A stretch of 64,000 bases of DNA from the human T2T-CHM13v2.0 reference genome, Homo sapiens (GCA_009914755.4 CP068257.2:21824001-21888000); one strand, 5' to 3'; counted from the stretch's first letter, positions 1-15,751 are shown. Numbers and translations are program-made. Notes: generated from the sequence alone by a model not told the origin.

Positions 1-1219
1 TTGAAACCTGTAAGAAATAATTGTTTGCCTTTATAAATTACCTAGTTTCAGGTGTTCTATTCTAAGCAGCAGAAAATGGGGCTAATACACTCCTAAAATG
101 TATTTTTAATAGAATGCAAATTTGTTTTCTTTGTCTATAAAAGACAGTTATTTTAGCGGGTTTCTGCCAAATTGCATTTCTAAAGAGGATAATTTCTTGC
201 AATAAAAGGAGCTGTTTCTTCTTCATACTTAGAATTCCACTGAATTAATAGGAACTTTGAAGATTTGTGGGTCTTGCATTTCTTTTCTGTACTAAATACT
301 CACTTGTGATGCTTGTTGTTTCAGAAATCCTTTCTCCCTGCGGCTGAAGAAAAAAGTGTGCAGCTGCCTGATAACCTAATAATAAAGGATATCAGAGTCC
401 TCTCTCCCCAATGAACAAACAAAAACATATTTACACATTCCAAAATCAATACAAAAGAAGTAATTTTGCTAAAGTCTAACAAAATACATTTCATTATAAC
501 TATATATACACCTAAAATACACATTTGACCTAAACTTTGCTACTCTGAGGTCTAGCCATGGGTACGCAAGTCTAGAATTTAGATTGTTTTTGTTCGTTTG
601 GGCCTTATTTATATAAATGAATACGTTCATCCTGGAAACAACCTATTTCGATAGAAAACAGATGGATACTGACATTTTGACAAAGGTTAATGTAATGGCA
701 TTGCAGAAGAGGTTTATGTTTTTGTTTTTAAAATATAATGTCTATTCTTTTTGCCTTTTAGTTTTTGTCCTAAGTGGATTCATGCCTCAGTCATAGTAAA
801 AATTTAAGTTAAAAAGTTTAAAACTTTTTTTAGCATGAAAAAAAACAACTTAAAACAATGTTTCAACAAAAATTGCAAGTTTCAGGGTACAATTGACAAG
901 CACTCTTGTAAGGGGACTTTGGTGGAATGGGGGACACTCACCATGTCAGTATTTTTCGGGCTTCTGAAGAAAGTGCCTCAGCACAGACATTATCCTAGTA
1001 GTCCAGTTATCTGGGATGCTGGCATAGAAAGTGGCTCTGGCAGCATCACAGCAGAGGCAATGCCTTTGGCAAGAATCAGCATTTTAGATGTTACTTCAGC
1101 ACAAATAAAAAACTAGAAGCGACAATACAATCCAGAGTTGCCATATACAGGCCAAGAAAACTTATGACTCTGATGGCATGCATGTAGAGCATAGAACTAA
1201 GCTATGAGCAAACAAAGGT

Positions 1220-1412
1220 ATAAGAATGATACAATGGACTTTGGGGACTTGTGGGGAAGGGCGGTAGGGAGGCGAAGGATAAAAGACTACCAATATGGTG
1301 CAGTGTATACTCCTTGGGTGATGGGTGCAACAAAACCTCACAAATCACCACTAAAGAAATTACTTGTGTAACCAAATACCACCTGTACCCCAATAACTTG
1401 TGGAAAAATTTT
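1220..1412 (+). mobile_element. LINE-1 3' end fragment (older L1PB/L1MA-like), followed by A-rich tail
   Basis: Sequence '...actaccaatatggtgcagtgtatactccttgggtgatgggtgcaacaaaacc...tgtaaccaaataccacctgtaccccaataacttgtggaaaaatttttaaaaa' resembles the terminal 3'UTR of primate L1 ('gggtgatgggtacactaaaa...catgtaacaaaactgcacttgtaccccctaaatctataaaaat'). The A-rich run follows. The 5' boundary is uncertain. Confidence 0.6.
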
Positions 1413-1443
1413 TAAAAAGTAAGAAAATAAAAATAAAAAAAGA

Positions 1444-1641
<198 letters not shown>

Positions 1642-2258
1642 TCAAATTATTTCAAATGGTTGTAATTGGAGCTGAAGTGACACTAAAGCCTATTTGAGTC
1701 AAACCAGCAGAATCTGTTTTTGTGCCTGATGTTCAGAGCTGTTTTAGCTATATTATAGACTGATGGCTTTCATTTTTCACTTCAAATTTCCCTGTATAGT
1801 CCACTATATTTTCTCAAGAGCTTAATAAGGACAAAAGCTAAAATGGAAGCTTATTGCTGTCAATGATTACCTGCCTGTTAATGTGTGTGTAGGTATATAT
1901 AATGCTAACAGTGCGATTTTTTCTTAACTACTATTTAAAGATGTGTCAATGGTAATTCATTTCACAGAGAGTAACACGAGCCTAAAAATAGAATAGGAAG
2001 TACCAAATTATTCTTAAAGGAAAAACTTTCGTTTGCTGTTTTGAGGTGGACTGGACAAACAAGCATTTATTGTTAAATTATTTACACTTAATTGTAATGC
2101 ATTATACATTTCAAAATTATAGGCAAATCACCAAGATATATTTCTAGATATACGTGTTAAATGAGTTTGCTCGAAAGGAGACATCATTTATAGTAAGTTT
2201 TATTATTATTATAGACAAGAACAAATGCAAGTGGAGCCTATCAAAATAAGCTACATTA

Positions 2259-2556
<298 letters not shown>

Positions 2557-2955
2557 TTAAAAGTGAGCAGTCAATAAAACTCTGAAAAAAAATACAAGCT
2601 GATGTCATAAATTCATAAATAAATATATATTTTTGAGTTTGAGCTAATATTTGAAAAGACTGCAGTATATTACTCATAACTGCTTATACTGTGTAACTGT
2701 GTGAAAATAATATAAAGGCAAGGATGTTTGACATGAGGACATTTTTATTCGAGTGATTTCTCTAGAGATTGATATTTCACAAGTATAGAACTAATATATA
2801 TTTATTTGTGATACAATTTACATTTTATATAGCAGTAATAATAAATTAAAATCTTAGCTAATACCATTTCAGCAAGGCAAGAACAATATCCATGAATCTT
2901 TTACTATTTCATAATTAAATGCCAGATCAAGAAAATCAGTGAAAAATGAGCCTTA

Positions 2956-3226
<271 letters not shown>

Positions 3227-4554
3227 TGCTCAAATAAGAATATTTTTCGTCAATCTATTTAATTTGTCTAAACTCATACCTTATATCTCTATGGTATTCC
3301 CAAACAACATAAGCAAATTTCAGTTTTTCATTATAATACTTTCACATGTATAATGATAAGGTAATGTCTAAATTTGAGAAAAAAGAAAATAAATTACAAT
3401 ATCACAATACTATAAAGAATAGTGTTATCTATGGATATGTTTTATATGTTTTCATGTATGTGGAGAGGTTAGTAGATATGTATAGGAGTTTACATTTTAT
3501 TGTTAATATAATCCCCTGTCTCTATAAGGCTACCTCTACCCACACCCACACCTCTAGTCTCCTTATTTCAGAGCTAGCTCATGATACAGGCCTGAGGATG
3601 GTTGTCTGATAATTTTGCATGTCCATCTTTTAAGTAGCAGGTAGCCTGGCCCTTAAACTCTCTCCAGTTTTATAGGCAGAAGCACCTGGATGCCTCAATC
3701 CTATCAGTAGGCATGGTTTTTGAGTCTAAATTATTTAATATTAAAGATTTATACTAAAGTGCAGGTCCAGGGAAGATACCAGCAGAGATGGCTTCAGATA
3801 AAATCATTTCAATTACTTATTTGGTCTTCTTATATTTACACAGAAGCCCGGCAGAACAGCTGCTTCTAAACCAGTTTCAATTACCTCTTGATCTCTCATG
3901 CTAATTCACACCTGGTTGTTAAGTGTAGTTAGCCTCTTCTATTAAAATGTAAAATTTCACATTTTGTTTAGCACGATTTGAGGATTAACAGTTGGCATTT
4001 GCAACTGCGAAATCACAGTATTGACTTAATCAGAAGTTTACATGGCAAGTACATTTTAAAAAATGTTTTTGTCAGCATTCTTGATTAAAACAATCAGGAT
4101 TTTCAAGCACTGACAGCAAGACGGTAGATACTGCATAGTGGTGAGGAGTTCTGATAAGAAAGAAATAAACTAGGTGACAAATATGAAGGAGAATGGCAGA
4201 GATAAAAATGAAACTGATAAACATAGATTGAATAGAAAGAAGTAAAAAATAATTATAGCAGAAATTCCTCTCCTTTTTAAAAAATCATGGTTTTCAGCAG
4301 AAAGGAAAGGCAGAGAAATTAAGATCACTGGAAAAGGTCGATAACCCAATTAGGAACTGCCTGTCTTTAAGGAGTTGTCTCATGCTTGGTCAGAGGAATT
4401 GGACTCCCACAGCAGACCAAAAATATGATGCTTCTTTAAATTAACTTCTATTAAAATTTTGGATCAGTTCAAGCATTTATTTAGTGAAGAAAACAAGAAT
4501 TTATGTATTTTTTCCCATAAAACACAGATAGCATTACACATAACAAATGATTAG

Positions 4555-4869
<315 letters not shown>

Positions 4870-6779
4870 AGTTAAATATGTGAAAATGTAACTTGAACCA
4901 ACAGTCCCAGAAAAGGCATATGAAAAACTTTAACAAATAATAACATAAATTACCTATGTGAACAATAGTGGATTTTTGTTTTTTACTTAGAAACTCTATA
5001 ATCCTAAACTCTTGTAAAAAATGGCTGAGTTGTTATACCTATTCGATGAGGAAAAATGTCTACAATTTTATGGGTTACATGTTAAATAGAAATAAATGTT
5101 AGTTATTATTAAACTTAATTGTCAAATTTCTTCAAACATGTATATGCTGGTGCAGCCTTTATATCACAAAAATACTCAAAAAATAAATAACTCAGATGAG
5201 TTTCCACCTGGAGGTCAGTGCCTTTTGCAGAAGTGAATCTATTCATTTCACAGTAGTTATTTAAGGAGTAAATATGAAAATCTAAGTCTGACTAATAATT
5301 AACTCAGCACAGTGAAAACTGAGTGATGTAAAGGACAGAAGTATCAGCAACATTAGATGAATCAGAAGTCAGTTTACCCTTAGTTTTATGTGTATCACTA
5401 AAAACAAATTTATTTAAGTCAGATTTAGTTGGGTTTGTAATCACCTGTAACTGAGAGATTCTCTAATATCTATTTTCCTGAAAAAGGCAAGAGGTGCTCC
5501 ATAGAGGTATGTAATTGTATAACTATGTTTCAACTATCAAAAGACCTCATGAAGCAGAAGAAAATAGTCTTACATCACGATAAGTGATCAAATGACTTAA
5601 GAGACATAAACAAAAATAACATAAGACAACCTTGATTTTAAAGGGCTGTACCTCTGAACTAAATGGAGGATATATAGTGCGCCTCTGTATTGTTTCTTAC
5701 AGCTGAATGAGAATGTACAATTTTCTCAAATATAAAGCTTAGTGTTAAGAACACTTCAAGTCCCTTAAGCATCATGTAGGTATTTGCCAAAAATAACTTC
5801 TACAAATAACTTTACTCTAAACATACAGACACCAAGTATAATGGTGTCACTCTAATTCTGATACACAAGCAAGCTCCTTGAAAGTAAATTACATACAATT
5901 TGTTTTTGATCTATACCAGACTTACATTTCCCCTTTCTTTTGGAAATCATAGTGTGAAGGACATACTACCTATCACAAGAGATAGAAGTATAATCTCAGA
6001 ATGAAAGACACTGACTAAATGAGTATAATGTGATAGAAGTAATGTTTGGCTGCTTTATACATTTTTTAAAATCTCTAGTCCAAAGTTACCTTTTTGTATG
6101 GAAAAATGACTGGAAGATTGTTTATATAAAACTTTAATTTAGAAATTAGGTTTCTATATTAATCTCAAGGAAAAAGATAGTGTGAGAAAAAATTATAATG
6201 AGGAATCTAAACTATCATACTTCCCACGTGGGACAGCAATGTAACTATGTTTTATTTTCATATTTATCAAAGAAAACACTCTCTGCGTCATTCTGAAAAT
6301 GGTGATGCTAACTAAGTACCTGCTCATTATCTTCTCAGCTGAAATTCTTGCCAAATGGGTGCTTCTTTGATAGAACTATAACAAGCTCAATTCAATTTAT
6401 TTTTATATTGAAGGTTTACACGAATTATCATAAAATATGTTTTACAGAGAATTAAGACAATGAGAAATACCTCATTGTACTGACTGCAGTATCTGACATG
6501 TACTAACAAAAGCTAGAGTTTGCAGATAAATTGGCATGTAATAAAAGAATATTGACATTTAAGATAGCTTTTTATTAAAATAATTCTTACATTTTCTGTT
6601 TGAAGAGGGCAGATTTTAAAAGGAAGTATATTTTTAATAATAATGTAAAGGAAGGAAGAATAAAGTGTAAGGACACAATATAACAAAGAACAGTTCAGTG
6701 AGAAAGAACAGTTTGCTCAAAAACCTGGGCATATTTATTTTAAATTGTGGCATAGTTCACATATAATAATCACAATTTC

Positions 6780-7400
6780 CAATTGTACACTTTAATGTAC
6801 TTTGATGAATAGGTACAGCTCCAGAGCTTCTTCTACAAACAAGATTCAGAATACACCTATTACCCCATAGACTTCCCACAGAGCCCTTTTCAGTCAGCTC
6901 ACCCTGAACTCACCTCCAACTCTGGCTGTTGGCTCCTGGAAAAAACTGATCTCTGTTAAGTTCATATAGTTTTGTCTTTTCACGAATGTCCTATAAGTTG
7001 AATGATACAATGTGAAGCCATTTATTTCTTCTTGCATGGGTCAAGATATTTTTGAGATTTATGCACGTATAAATAATCTGTTATTTATCTTGCTAAGTAG
7101 TATTTATTGTATGATGTAATATTCCACAGTTTGTCCAACTGCCTGGATGAAAAAGTTTTGGTTGTTTCTTATTTTTACCTATGCATAAGTTACCATTAAC
7201 ATTCAAATATAAATATCAACACTAACATATGACTTTCTGAGATAAATACCTTGGAGTGGACGGGTCTATCTAGGTCATGTGGGAAGTGTGTGTTAAGGAA
7301 ATGGTCCTTCTAGTTTTCATAGTAGTTGCACATTTTTACACTTCTATGAGCAGTAAGAATTTCAGTTTTTATTTTTCATACAACCACTAATAATTAATAA
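6780..7400 (-). mobile_element. Older LINE-1 (L1M/L1P-like) ORF2 3' region, antisense
   Basis: 'gtagtatttattgtatgatgtaatattccacagtttgtccaactgcctggatg...taccttggagtggacgggtctatctaggtcatgtgggaagtgtgtgttaagg...ttcatagtagttgcacatttttacacttctatgagcagt' parallels antisense L1 ('gtagtattccattgtgt...ggtagatacctaggagtggaattgctgggtcatatggtaagtgtatgtttaactt...ccattttacattcccaccagcaatgtatgagagt'). It is distinct from the younger L1 3' end that follows. Confidence 0.55.
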
Positions 7401-7440
7401 ACCAGTCTTCTTTTCATTTTTAAAAAAAAATTTCAATAGT

Positions 7441-8060
7441 TTTTTTGGGGAACAGATGGTTTTGATTACATGAATAATTTATTTAGTTGTAATTTCTGAG
7501 ATTTTGGTGCACCCGTCACATAAACAGTGTACGCTGTATCCAGTGTGTAGTCTTTTATACCTCACCCCCCTTCCACACTTTCCCAAGTCCCCAAAGTCCA
7601 CTGCATGATTCTTATGCCTTTGCGTCCTCATAGTTTAGCTCCCACTTATAAATGACAATATGTGATATTTGGTTTTTCATTCCTGAGTTATTTCACGTAG
7701 AACAATGGTCTCCAACTCCATCTAGGTTTCTGTGAATGCCATTATTTCATTCCTTTTTATGTATGAGTACTATTCCATGATGTATATATACCACATTTTC
7801 TTTATCCACTCATTGGTTGACCGGCATTTAGGCTGGTTTCATAGTTTTTCAATTGAGAATTGTGCTACTGTTGTAGTCAATATATGTCCAATGTAAACTT
7901 GTTTTAATTACCATTTGCCTAATGACAAATGATATTGAATATCATTTCACAGGCTTATTTGATATCCATAACCTTCTCTGGTGAAGTGGCATTCAAATAT
8001 TGCATATTTTTAAATTGCGTTATTTATTGTCTTTTTGCTAAATTTTGAGGTGTTTGTTGT
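7441..8060 (-). mobile_element. LINE-1 3' end (L1PB-like), antisense; 3' UTR plus ORF2 C-terminal region
   Basis: 'tttttggggaacagatggttttgattacatgaataatttatttagttgtaatttctgagattttggtgcacccgtcacataaacagtgtacgctgtatccagtgtgtagtcttttatacctcacccccc...ccattatttcattcctttttatgtatgagtactattccatgatgtatatataccacattttctttatccactcattggttgaccggcatttaggctgg' is the characteristic reverse-complemented L1 3' end. The 3' boundary is approximate. Confidence 0.75.
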
Positions 8061-8194
8061 TTTATTTAAAATCTGAATATATGCCCTGTTAAATTAAATT
8101 AAATTCGGCCTAAAGCTGCCTCCATATGTGGCAAATTGCAACCTAACTTAGTATGTAAAACAAACTGCAAGCTAACTTAAAACTATATTCTTCT

Positions 8195-8583
<389 letters not shown>

Positions 8584-10649
8584 TTCTAACAGATAGCTGA
8601 GTCTCCGCAAATCTTAGCAGCTGAGCTTCAGCCAATCACAGGCTGCCAACTGATACAACATGGTTCATTTAAGGAAAAAAAACTTCTTCAACACATCATA
8701 CCCAAATATAGCAAATGAGCAAGTTTAGCCAATCAAGATTTTTTGTAAGTGAATTTCTTTTTCTCTCTAGAAATACTGGCTGCCTGCATTGCTGAGTGGA
8801 GCTCTCTGAAGCTCTCCTGACGCTGAGTACTGCCTGATGTTTGCTCAGATAAACTCCGCTAAATTTAATTTTTCTGCGGTCTTTCTTTTATCAATCCATT
8901 ATCAAATACATGGTTTGCAAGGATCTTTCCCAGTTTGTGGCTTATCTTTTCATTGGCAGCCAAACTTGAGTTCATCTTTGACTACAATTTGTCACTCACA
9001 CTCTATATATAATTTGTGGGATCTAAAATATGATCATTTCTCAAGTACTTGTAAACATCTTGATTCAAAATGACATTATCTTTTACCTATTTTACATTCT
9101 ATCTGAATGCAATACTTCCATTATTGCCCTTTATAGTAAATTCTCTACATAGCAACCAGAGTGATCCATTTGAACATAAGTCAAATTATGTCATCCCTTT
9201 GCTGGAAACCATCCAATGACTTCCTATTGCAATCCTAGTGAAAACGAAAGCTTACACGCTCTGCATAATAGAAATTCCAGTTACATCCCTGATCTGACTA
9301 ACCATTATTCCCTTTGCTTATCTATTCCAGGCATGTTCTCTTTTTTTGCTATTTCACATATGCTCCTGCCATAGGGTGTTTACACTGGCTATTCCCTCTG
9401 CCAAAATATCTTTCCCTCAGATATGTTCATAGCAAACTCTTTTCTCTCCTTTGTATCTATACTTAAGTCATTTCTCAGTGTGGCTTACCTGACCGCACTA
9501 TTTGATATTGCAACCTGCAATCCCTCTGCACTTGACATTTCCAAATTCATTTACTTGGCTTTATTCTTCTACAGTACATATAACCTCCTAACCATAATAT
9601 AATCTACTAATGTAACTTTTCTGTTCACAGCCCACATGCCCTGATAAAATGCAGGCTTAAAATCAGAAAACATTTTTCATCTATTCCATATACTCATATA
9701 CCTCAAGAAACAATTACAATACCCCATTGAATGCATTTGAGTATTTGTTGTATATTAGTGAGTGAATAAGAAGATTCCTATACAATTTTATGTTTTTTAA
9801 TGGTTTTGAACATCCAGCTAACACAAAGCCTGTAGTCAATTAAAAATGATGGTTCAAAGGTTTCTTTAATGAGGTATCTGTAGCACTGAGGTTTAAATGC
9901 AATTAATTCCAGTAGTATATAACCTTTTATTTTGTTTATGGTGGCTATGGGGAATTGTTGCTAAAAGAGATACAATTATTTTTTAATCCTGTGAAGAAAA
10001 GTGTGACATCTTTATTCTATCCTACTTAATCACACAATATAAAATCATTTACTCTAGTAATTATCTATTATATCTATCTACGTATGCATAGAGAGCAATT
10101 CAAAATCTTATAGTATTGTCTCAAATATTGACAATAATATATTAAATATATTATTTATTCTGAAATATTTATGTTTTGCTACAATAAAATTATATATCAA
10201 GAAAATTTATCTATACATGAAATGTTACTGCTACATATCATAATTATTGATCAGAATTACTAACTAAAATTCTCCTCATTTTGACATATATAATTTAAAC
10301 TTAAACACTTGAACTCATTAAAATAAAATTGAGTAGATCAATAGAAACCTGCTGTTAATTTAACCAATTTGCAGTATTTAGCATCCTCAATATCTTTATA
10401 GATATGTCCTTTAAATTTTAAAATCAAGACAATCTTCCTTCAATTATGAAAGATAAACCTAGAGTCATCGTCTATGCAAACAAAATCACTATGAGTTACA
10501 TTTGTATGTTTTCTCATAAGATGGCTTATCTTTGAAAGGGGTTACCAATCTTTCTTTATTTCTTATGCATTTGATTAAGCATATGGAGGTTAATTGACTT
10601 CATTATTTATTAATAATTGTGATGGCTAATATTGAAAGTCAGCTTGATT

Positions 10650-11002
10650 GGATTGAGGAATACAAGGTATTAATCCTCGGTGTGTCTGTGTGAGTGTTGC
10701 CAAAAGAGATTAACATTTGAGTCAGTGGGGTGGGGAAGGCAGATCCACCCTTCATCTGTTGGGCACAATCTAATCAGCTTCCAGCGAATATAAAGCAGGC
10801 AGAAAAACGTGAAAAGGAGATATGGGCCTAGGCTCCCAGCCTACAACTTTCTCATGTGCTGGATCCTTCCTGCCCTGGAATATTGGACTCCAAGTTCTTC
10901 AGTTTTGGGACTCACACTGGCTCTTCTTGCTCCTCAGCTTGCAGACAGCCTATTGTGGGACCTTGTGATCGTGTAAGTTAATAGTTAACAAGCTCCCCTG
11001 CA
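10650..11002 (+). mobile_element. Unclassified ancient interspersed-repeat copy (family not assigned)
   Basis: 'caaggtattaatcctcggtgtgtctgtgtgagtgttgccaaaagagattaacatttgagtcagtggggtggggaaggcagatccaccc...aatctaatcagcttccagcg...ataaagcaggcag...ctggatccttcctgccctggaatattggactccaagttcttcagttttgggactc...gctcctcagcttgcagacagcctattgtgggaccttgtgatcgtgtaagttaat...ctcccc' closely parallels a widespread mammalian repeat consensus I recall ('...gtattaatcctgggtgtgtctgtgagggtgttgccaaaggagattaacatttgagtcagtgggctgggaaaggcagacccaccctcaatgtgggtgggcaccatctaatcagctgccag...cagactccaagttcttcagcttttggactcttggac...cagcttgcagatggcctattgtgggac...gtgatcatgtgagtcaattc'). I cannot name the family with confidence. Confidence 0.4.
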
Positions 11003-11022
11003 TGTGTGTGTGTGTGTGTGTA
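11003..11022. repeat. (TG)10 microsatellite
   Basis: 'tgtgtgtgtgtgtgtgtgtg' read directly. Confidence 0.95.
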
Positions 11023-11037
11023 TTCACACACTAATAG

Positions 11038-11270
11038 GATATATATTCATGTATATACTAGTATATATAACTATATGTACTTATCTATATATATACTATA
11101 ATTATATATATAACTACATATGCTAGTATATATAGTTATATTTGTATTTGCAGTAGGATATATAAATAAATAAATAAATTCATATAAATATACTAGTAAA
11201 TATAGTTATATATAAGTATATGTATCCTATTTTTATATATATCCTATTACAAATACAGTAATAGTGTCTC
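11038..11270. repeat. TA-rich minisatellite-like low-complexity block with about 65-70-bp periodicity
   Basis: The recurrent motif 'a(t/c)(a/g)ctagta(t/a)atata(a/g)(c/t)tatat' occurs at about 11058, about 11121 and about 11192, embedded in (TA)n/(TAAA)n-rich sequence. Confidence 0.65.
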
Positions 11271-13399
11271 ATATTAGGCACAAAAAATTAGCTTCTCTTT
11301 AAAATGCTAGTGATACAGAGTAGTTAGTCTAAAACTGTGATAAAATAGTCACAATACAACTGTGAAGGTATATTTCAAAATTTTTAAGATAAGCAATAGA
11401 AAGTTGAAATAAGCGGTATAAATTCTTAGTTGACAGAGTAAAAATAAAGAAACAAGAAAACACATCACACTCACACTTCCAATTCCATTTACCTTGCTTT
11501 ATTTTTGTGGCATATATAAACAATACAATTGTAAATGTAAAATATCTCCTAACTCCAAGTTTGTAATCATATAACTCTCTCAATATTAGCTGACAGGTTA
11601 AAGAGCAATTACTCTGAAATTATGAAGTATTTATGATAATAAGGGATAATTCATCTCACACAGAGAGTTGACCTTCTACAGAGCTCTATGGAAATCAGCT
11701 ATAAACAGTTGCTGAAGGTAACCCTGGCTGAAATTCCTTCAGCTATTGTGGCCATGAAAGTGGTGATTCTTTTCCAGCCATGAATGCTGATTAGGTAGAA
11801 GTAGGCTGGAAGCTAAGTTTCTACAACATCATGTTGCTTCCAAGACTTGGAGTACAACTCTTGATCACTGCAGCAGAGGCCATGTGTTTCTCCAATCACA
11901 CAGTTTGTAAAGTGCTTATAGTATGGATGTCCCTGTCATTGAGGCATTTACTTTATACCTGTATTCTGTCCCCAAAATGGCATTCTTAACAGAAAAACTG
12001 TACCCCTGCTACTACTTCTGTCTCAGTGGGAAAAAAATAACACTAATATGAGAACTACATAACGAAACTTAAGAGATTCATAATTAGGAAATCATTTGAA
12101 TCTTTAAAGAAACACCAGAAAACAAAAAAAAAAGTGAGCAAAATGTATAAAAAAAACAACATTAAATCATTTTGTTAAAAAGCACAAGAGTAACTTAGCT
12201 AGAGTATGTCATGGGCAAGAGACATGAGGCAAAAATTCATAAAAGAGAAAACAAAACAAATAATTTTTCATTTTTTCAAAAATAATAAAGCATAAAACAT
12301 TTTGTGTAGGAATAGTGAAACAAAGTATTTTAATAAACTAAAGAGGAATATCAAAAACATCATTATTAAATAATTTATTAAATAATAAATACATTCAAAT
12401 ATTTTTAAATAAATGTAAATTATCTGAGGAAATTAAATAAATAAGACAAAGGAATACACTATCTGAAATGTAATATCCACTAAGGAATGTTATTTGGTAA
12501 CAAAAATCTTTCTATTCAAAATAAAATAGTCTCAATGTCATAGAAAGTTTTGGCAAATAATGAAGAAATATATCTTATAAAAACTTTTTTTGATAATAGA
12601 GAGTATAAAAACAGGACAGAATAATCTGCTCATTTTATGAAGATAGTACAGTTCTGTAATATAGCCAACAATCAATATCACAGAAACACAAAACTAAATA
12701 CTAAATATCCTAGTAGACTATGAAAATAATAAAACATTATCAAGTATGATGGACGGGGAAACAAAATACAATGTAGGTTTTAAAGTTTTTTTATTTAGAA
12801 AGCAAAATAAAATAGGCTGCTAACAAAATATAATAATACAAGGCTAGTGAAAGCAGACTGTTCTCTATTACTATAACATTCAGCAGTAATTTTTTTAAAA
12901 GAAAGACATGATAAGGGACCTCAACGTTTCCATCTAAAATGGTTCTTTGGTAGATGGTACTATAGGACCATCCTAAGGTAGGCAACCTGGGGAAATCTGA
13001 GTGAACAGCAAAATTAAAATGAAAATAAGATAATTTTTGGATTATGTATACATATGAGAAAGCAAACTGCTTTTGGGGGGAACTTCTTGGAAACAATACA
13101 CCACCTTTTACTTCTATGAACTCCAATCAAGGCATATTAGGTCATAAATTATGTTATTTTAAAAATGTGTTTTTAGTTGGCATTACATTTCTTACTAGGG
13201 AATTACTTAGAGGTACAATCTACCGATTGATAACTCCAAGTAATCACCTTAATGTTGACTTAAAACTAAAGCATCCAGACACTCTACTGCAGAGATCACG
13301 CTCATTTCCCTTATTAACCAACAAGGAGAGACAGCCAACCCAAGAGACATGAGTAAAATAGTGTCAACAAAATACGTTTCTTTACATAAGATAAAGTAC

Positions 13400-15751
13400 A
13401 TCCAAACCCACTAATATGATTAAAGGAGGAAAACTACATGACAGTTATAATCAACGTATGACTAATTAAATAACATATATAATCATAAAATAATAATTTT
13501 AAGACATAAAAACTAAGGTTTCAATAAGTTTCTTAAATTTTAAAAGGTATTTACCAAATACACTTTACAAAAACCAAAATAATAAAGCATTGACATTTTC
13601 AAAAATTAGTGAATATGTTCTATGAAGTTCAACATTTGATTTTAATTGGATGCTCTAAGAAAAGCAGCAGATAGAAAACAAAACAAAACTACAAATAAAA
13701 TGAGTTGAGCAGAAGAAATAAATCTACAGTTACGTCAATTTATTAGGTAATTTTAATTAGCTAGAAGTCCAAGAAAATCAATAAAATAGCAAACTAATAA
13801 AGATAATAGATTTCAGCCAGATTCTTGGCAAAATACCAATATTAAAAAATCAGCATTGTTTCCATATATCCGCAATAAACAATGGAACAACAAAATCACT
13901 AATATCAACAAAACTCATAATGTGCCTACTATCATACCAAGAACTGTTCATGAGTAATGTGAATATAACTTTTACAATTATGAATAGCCATAAGATAAGA
14001 TCTGAGCAAATATAAAATACCATATCCAAATATTAAGAGTCAATACCACAGTGGTAAATGTTCTCAAAATTAGCTAGTAACTTTAATACAATTCTAATAC
14101 ATTTTATTTAAGATAATATCTAGAATTTTTCATGTAACCCAAAAATATTATTCTAATATTTGTCTGACAGAGTAAAGAATAATGAGACTCATATAATTTT
14201 AAAAGGTAATAAAAAGTAGTAAATGAAAGGGTTATTATATTCCTTGATATCAGGCTTGTTACAGAGTAACCACAGATAGAAACAGTGTACATATATAGAG
14301 AAAGATAAATAGTTCAGTAGCTGAATTAGGAACTTGGCATTTGATAGAGCTTGATTTAAAATCTGTGGGGAAAATAGGCTTGTTTAGTAAGTAATGACCC
14401 TTAGAACTAATTATTATTGAAAAATAAAGAAAATTAGTTTTTGGTGGGGTGATGCCAACAAGATGATTGACTAGAAGCTTCTTGTGCTCTTCCTTCCCAT
14501 AAAACAAACAAAAAACAAATAAACAAACAAAAATGGATATAGCACATTTTGACCAAAATAACTCTGGGGGAGCTCCAGTCGATTTAAATATAAGATTATT
14601 TATGTAAGTCTTATAACTCCAAAACCAGACGAAAATAGCAGTTATACAAAGGACAAAGAAAAATTAATCAAAGCTTAGCACTACAAAAATTATTAAATCA
14701 CTATGATGGACAGCAGAAGAAAAAGGAATAAGGGAGCTGCAAAACAGCTAGAAAACAAATACAAAAAGGTAGTAGTAAACACTTTCTATATATAAAAACT
14801 TTGGATGTAAATAAAATAAATTCTCCCATCAAAGGATATAAAGTGGTTAAGTGGATTGAGAAAATAAATTAAAAATATTCTAGTATATGCTGCCTACAAG
14901 AGATCCACTAAGATTTAAGGATACACATACAATGAAAGCAACAAGATAGAAGAAGATAATCCACACAAATGGTAACCATAATAGAGTAAGCGTGGTTGGT
15001 TATACTTATATCTAATAAAATGTACTTCAAGTCAAAAATTGTCCAGGAAACAAATTGTTGTTGTTCAATGATAAAGTGGTTAATTCATCAAGAGGACACA
15101 CGAATTGTAAATATATATGCAATCAATATCGGAGCACCTAAATATATAAAGCAAATACTAATGACCACAAAGTGATTAATAGATAACAATACAAGTAGGA
15201 GACTCATATACCCTACTTTCAACAATGAATAAGCAACAAATAAATCAACCAGACAGAAAATTAACAAAATACTGGAATTGAATTTCACCTTTGATAAAAT
15301 GAATCTAACATAGCTTCTATCCAACAGCAGCAAATATATATTTTTCTCTAGCACACATGGAACCTTCTCCAGGATAGAACATATAGTAGGCCCAGGAAAA
15401 GTCTTAATAAGTTTAATAAAGTTGAAATCATATCTAGTATTATTTTAGACCATAATAATATGAAATTAGAACTCAGTTAAAAAAGAATCTTAGAAAATTC
15501 ACAAATATGTGGAAATTAAACATCATGCTTCTGAATAACCAATGGATAAAAGAGGAAAACAAAAGGATATTTTAAAAAAAGAGACAGCCAACAATAAAAA
15601 TACAAGATGTCAAAACTTATGGAATGCAACAAAAGCAATTCAAAGGGGAAGATTACAGAAAAATATTCTTACATTAAAAAAAAAGAACGATCTCTAAGAA
15701 ATAGCTTAATGTTTTGCCTCAACAAACTAGGAAAAAAAACCAAAGTACTTA
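13400..15751 (+). mobile_element. Ancient LINE-1 (L1M-class), 5' portion: degenerate ORF1/A-rich region and ORF2 endonuclease domain (pseudogenised)
   Basis: Conceptual translation of 14.88-15.75 kb parallels the L1 ORF2p EN domain ('...CCLQETHL.FKDTH..K...', '...TYTFFSA..HGTFSRIDHIL' equivalents, '...IKKKERSLRNSLMFCLNKLGKKTKVLKPS' matching 'YIKKEERSQINNLTLHLKELEKEEQTKPKASRRKE'). There are many stops and frameshifts. The 5' boundary is uncertain and the element could begin nearer 12.0 kb. Confidence 0.7.

Noticed and set aside
835-1116. 93-aa plus-strand ORF near the start of the window
   Set aside because: No start-context, splice-site or conservation evidence is visible. It lies in AT-rich sequence just upstream of an L1 3' fragment, and the peptide is low-complexity with no recognisable domain. 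Treated as a chance ORF.
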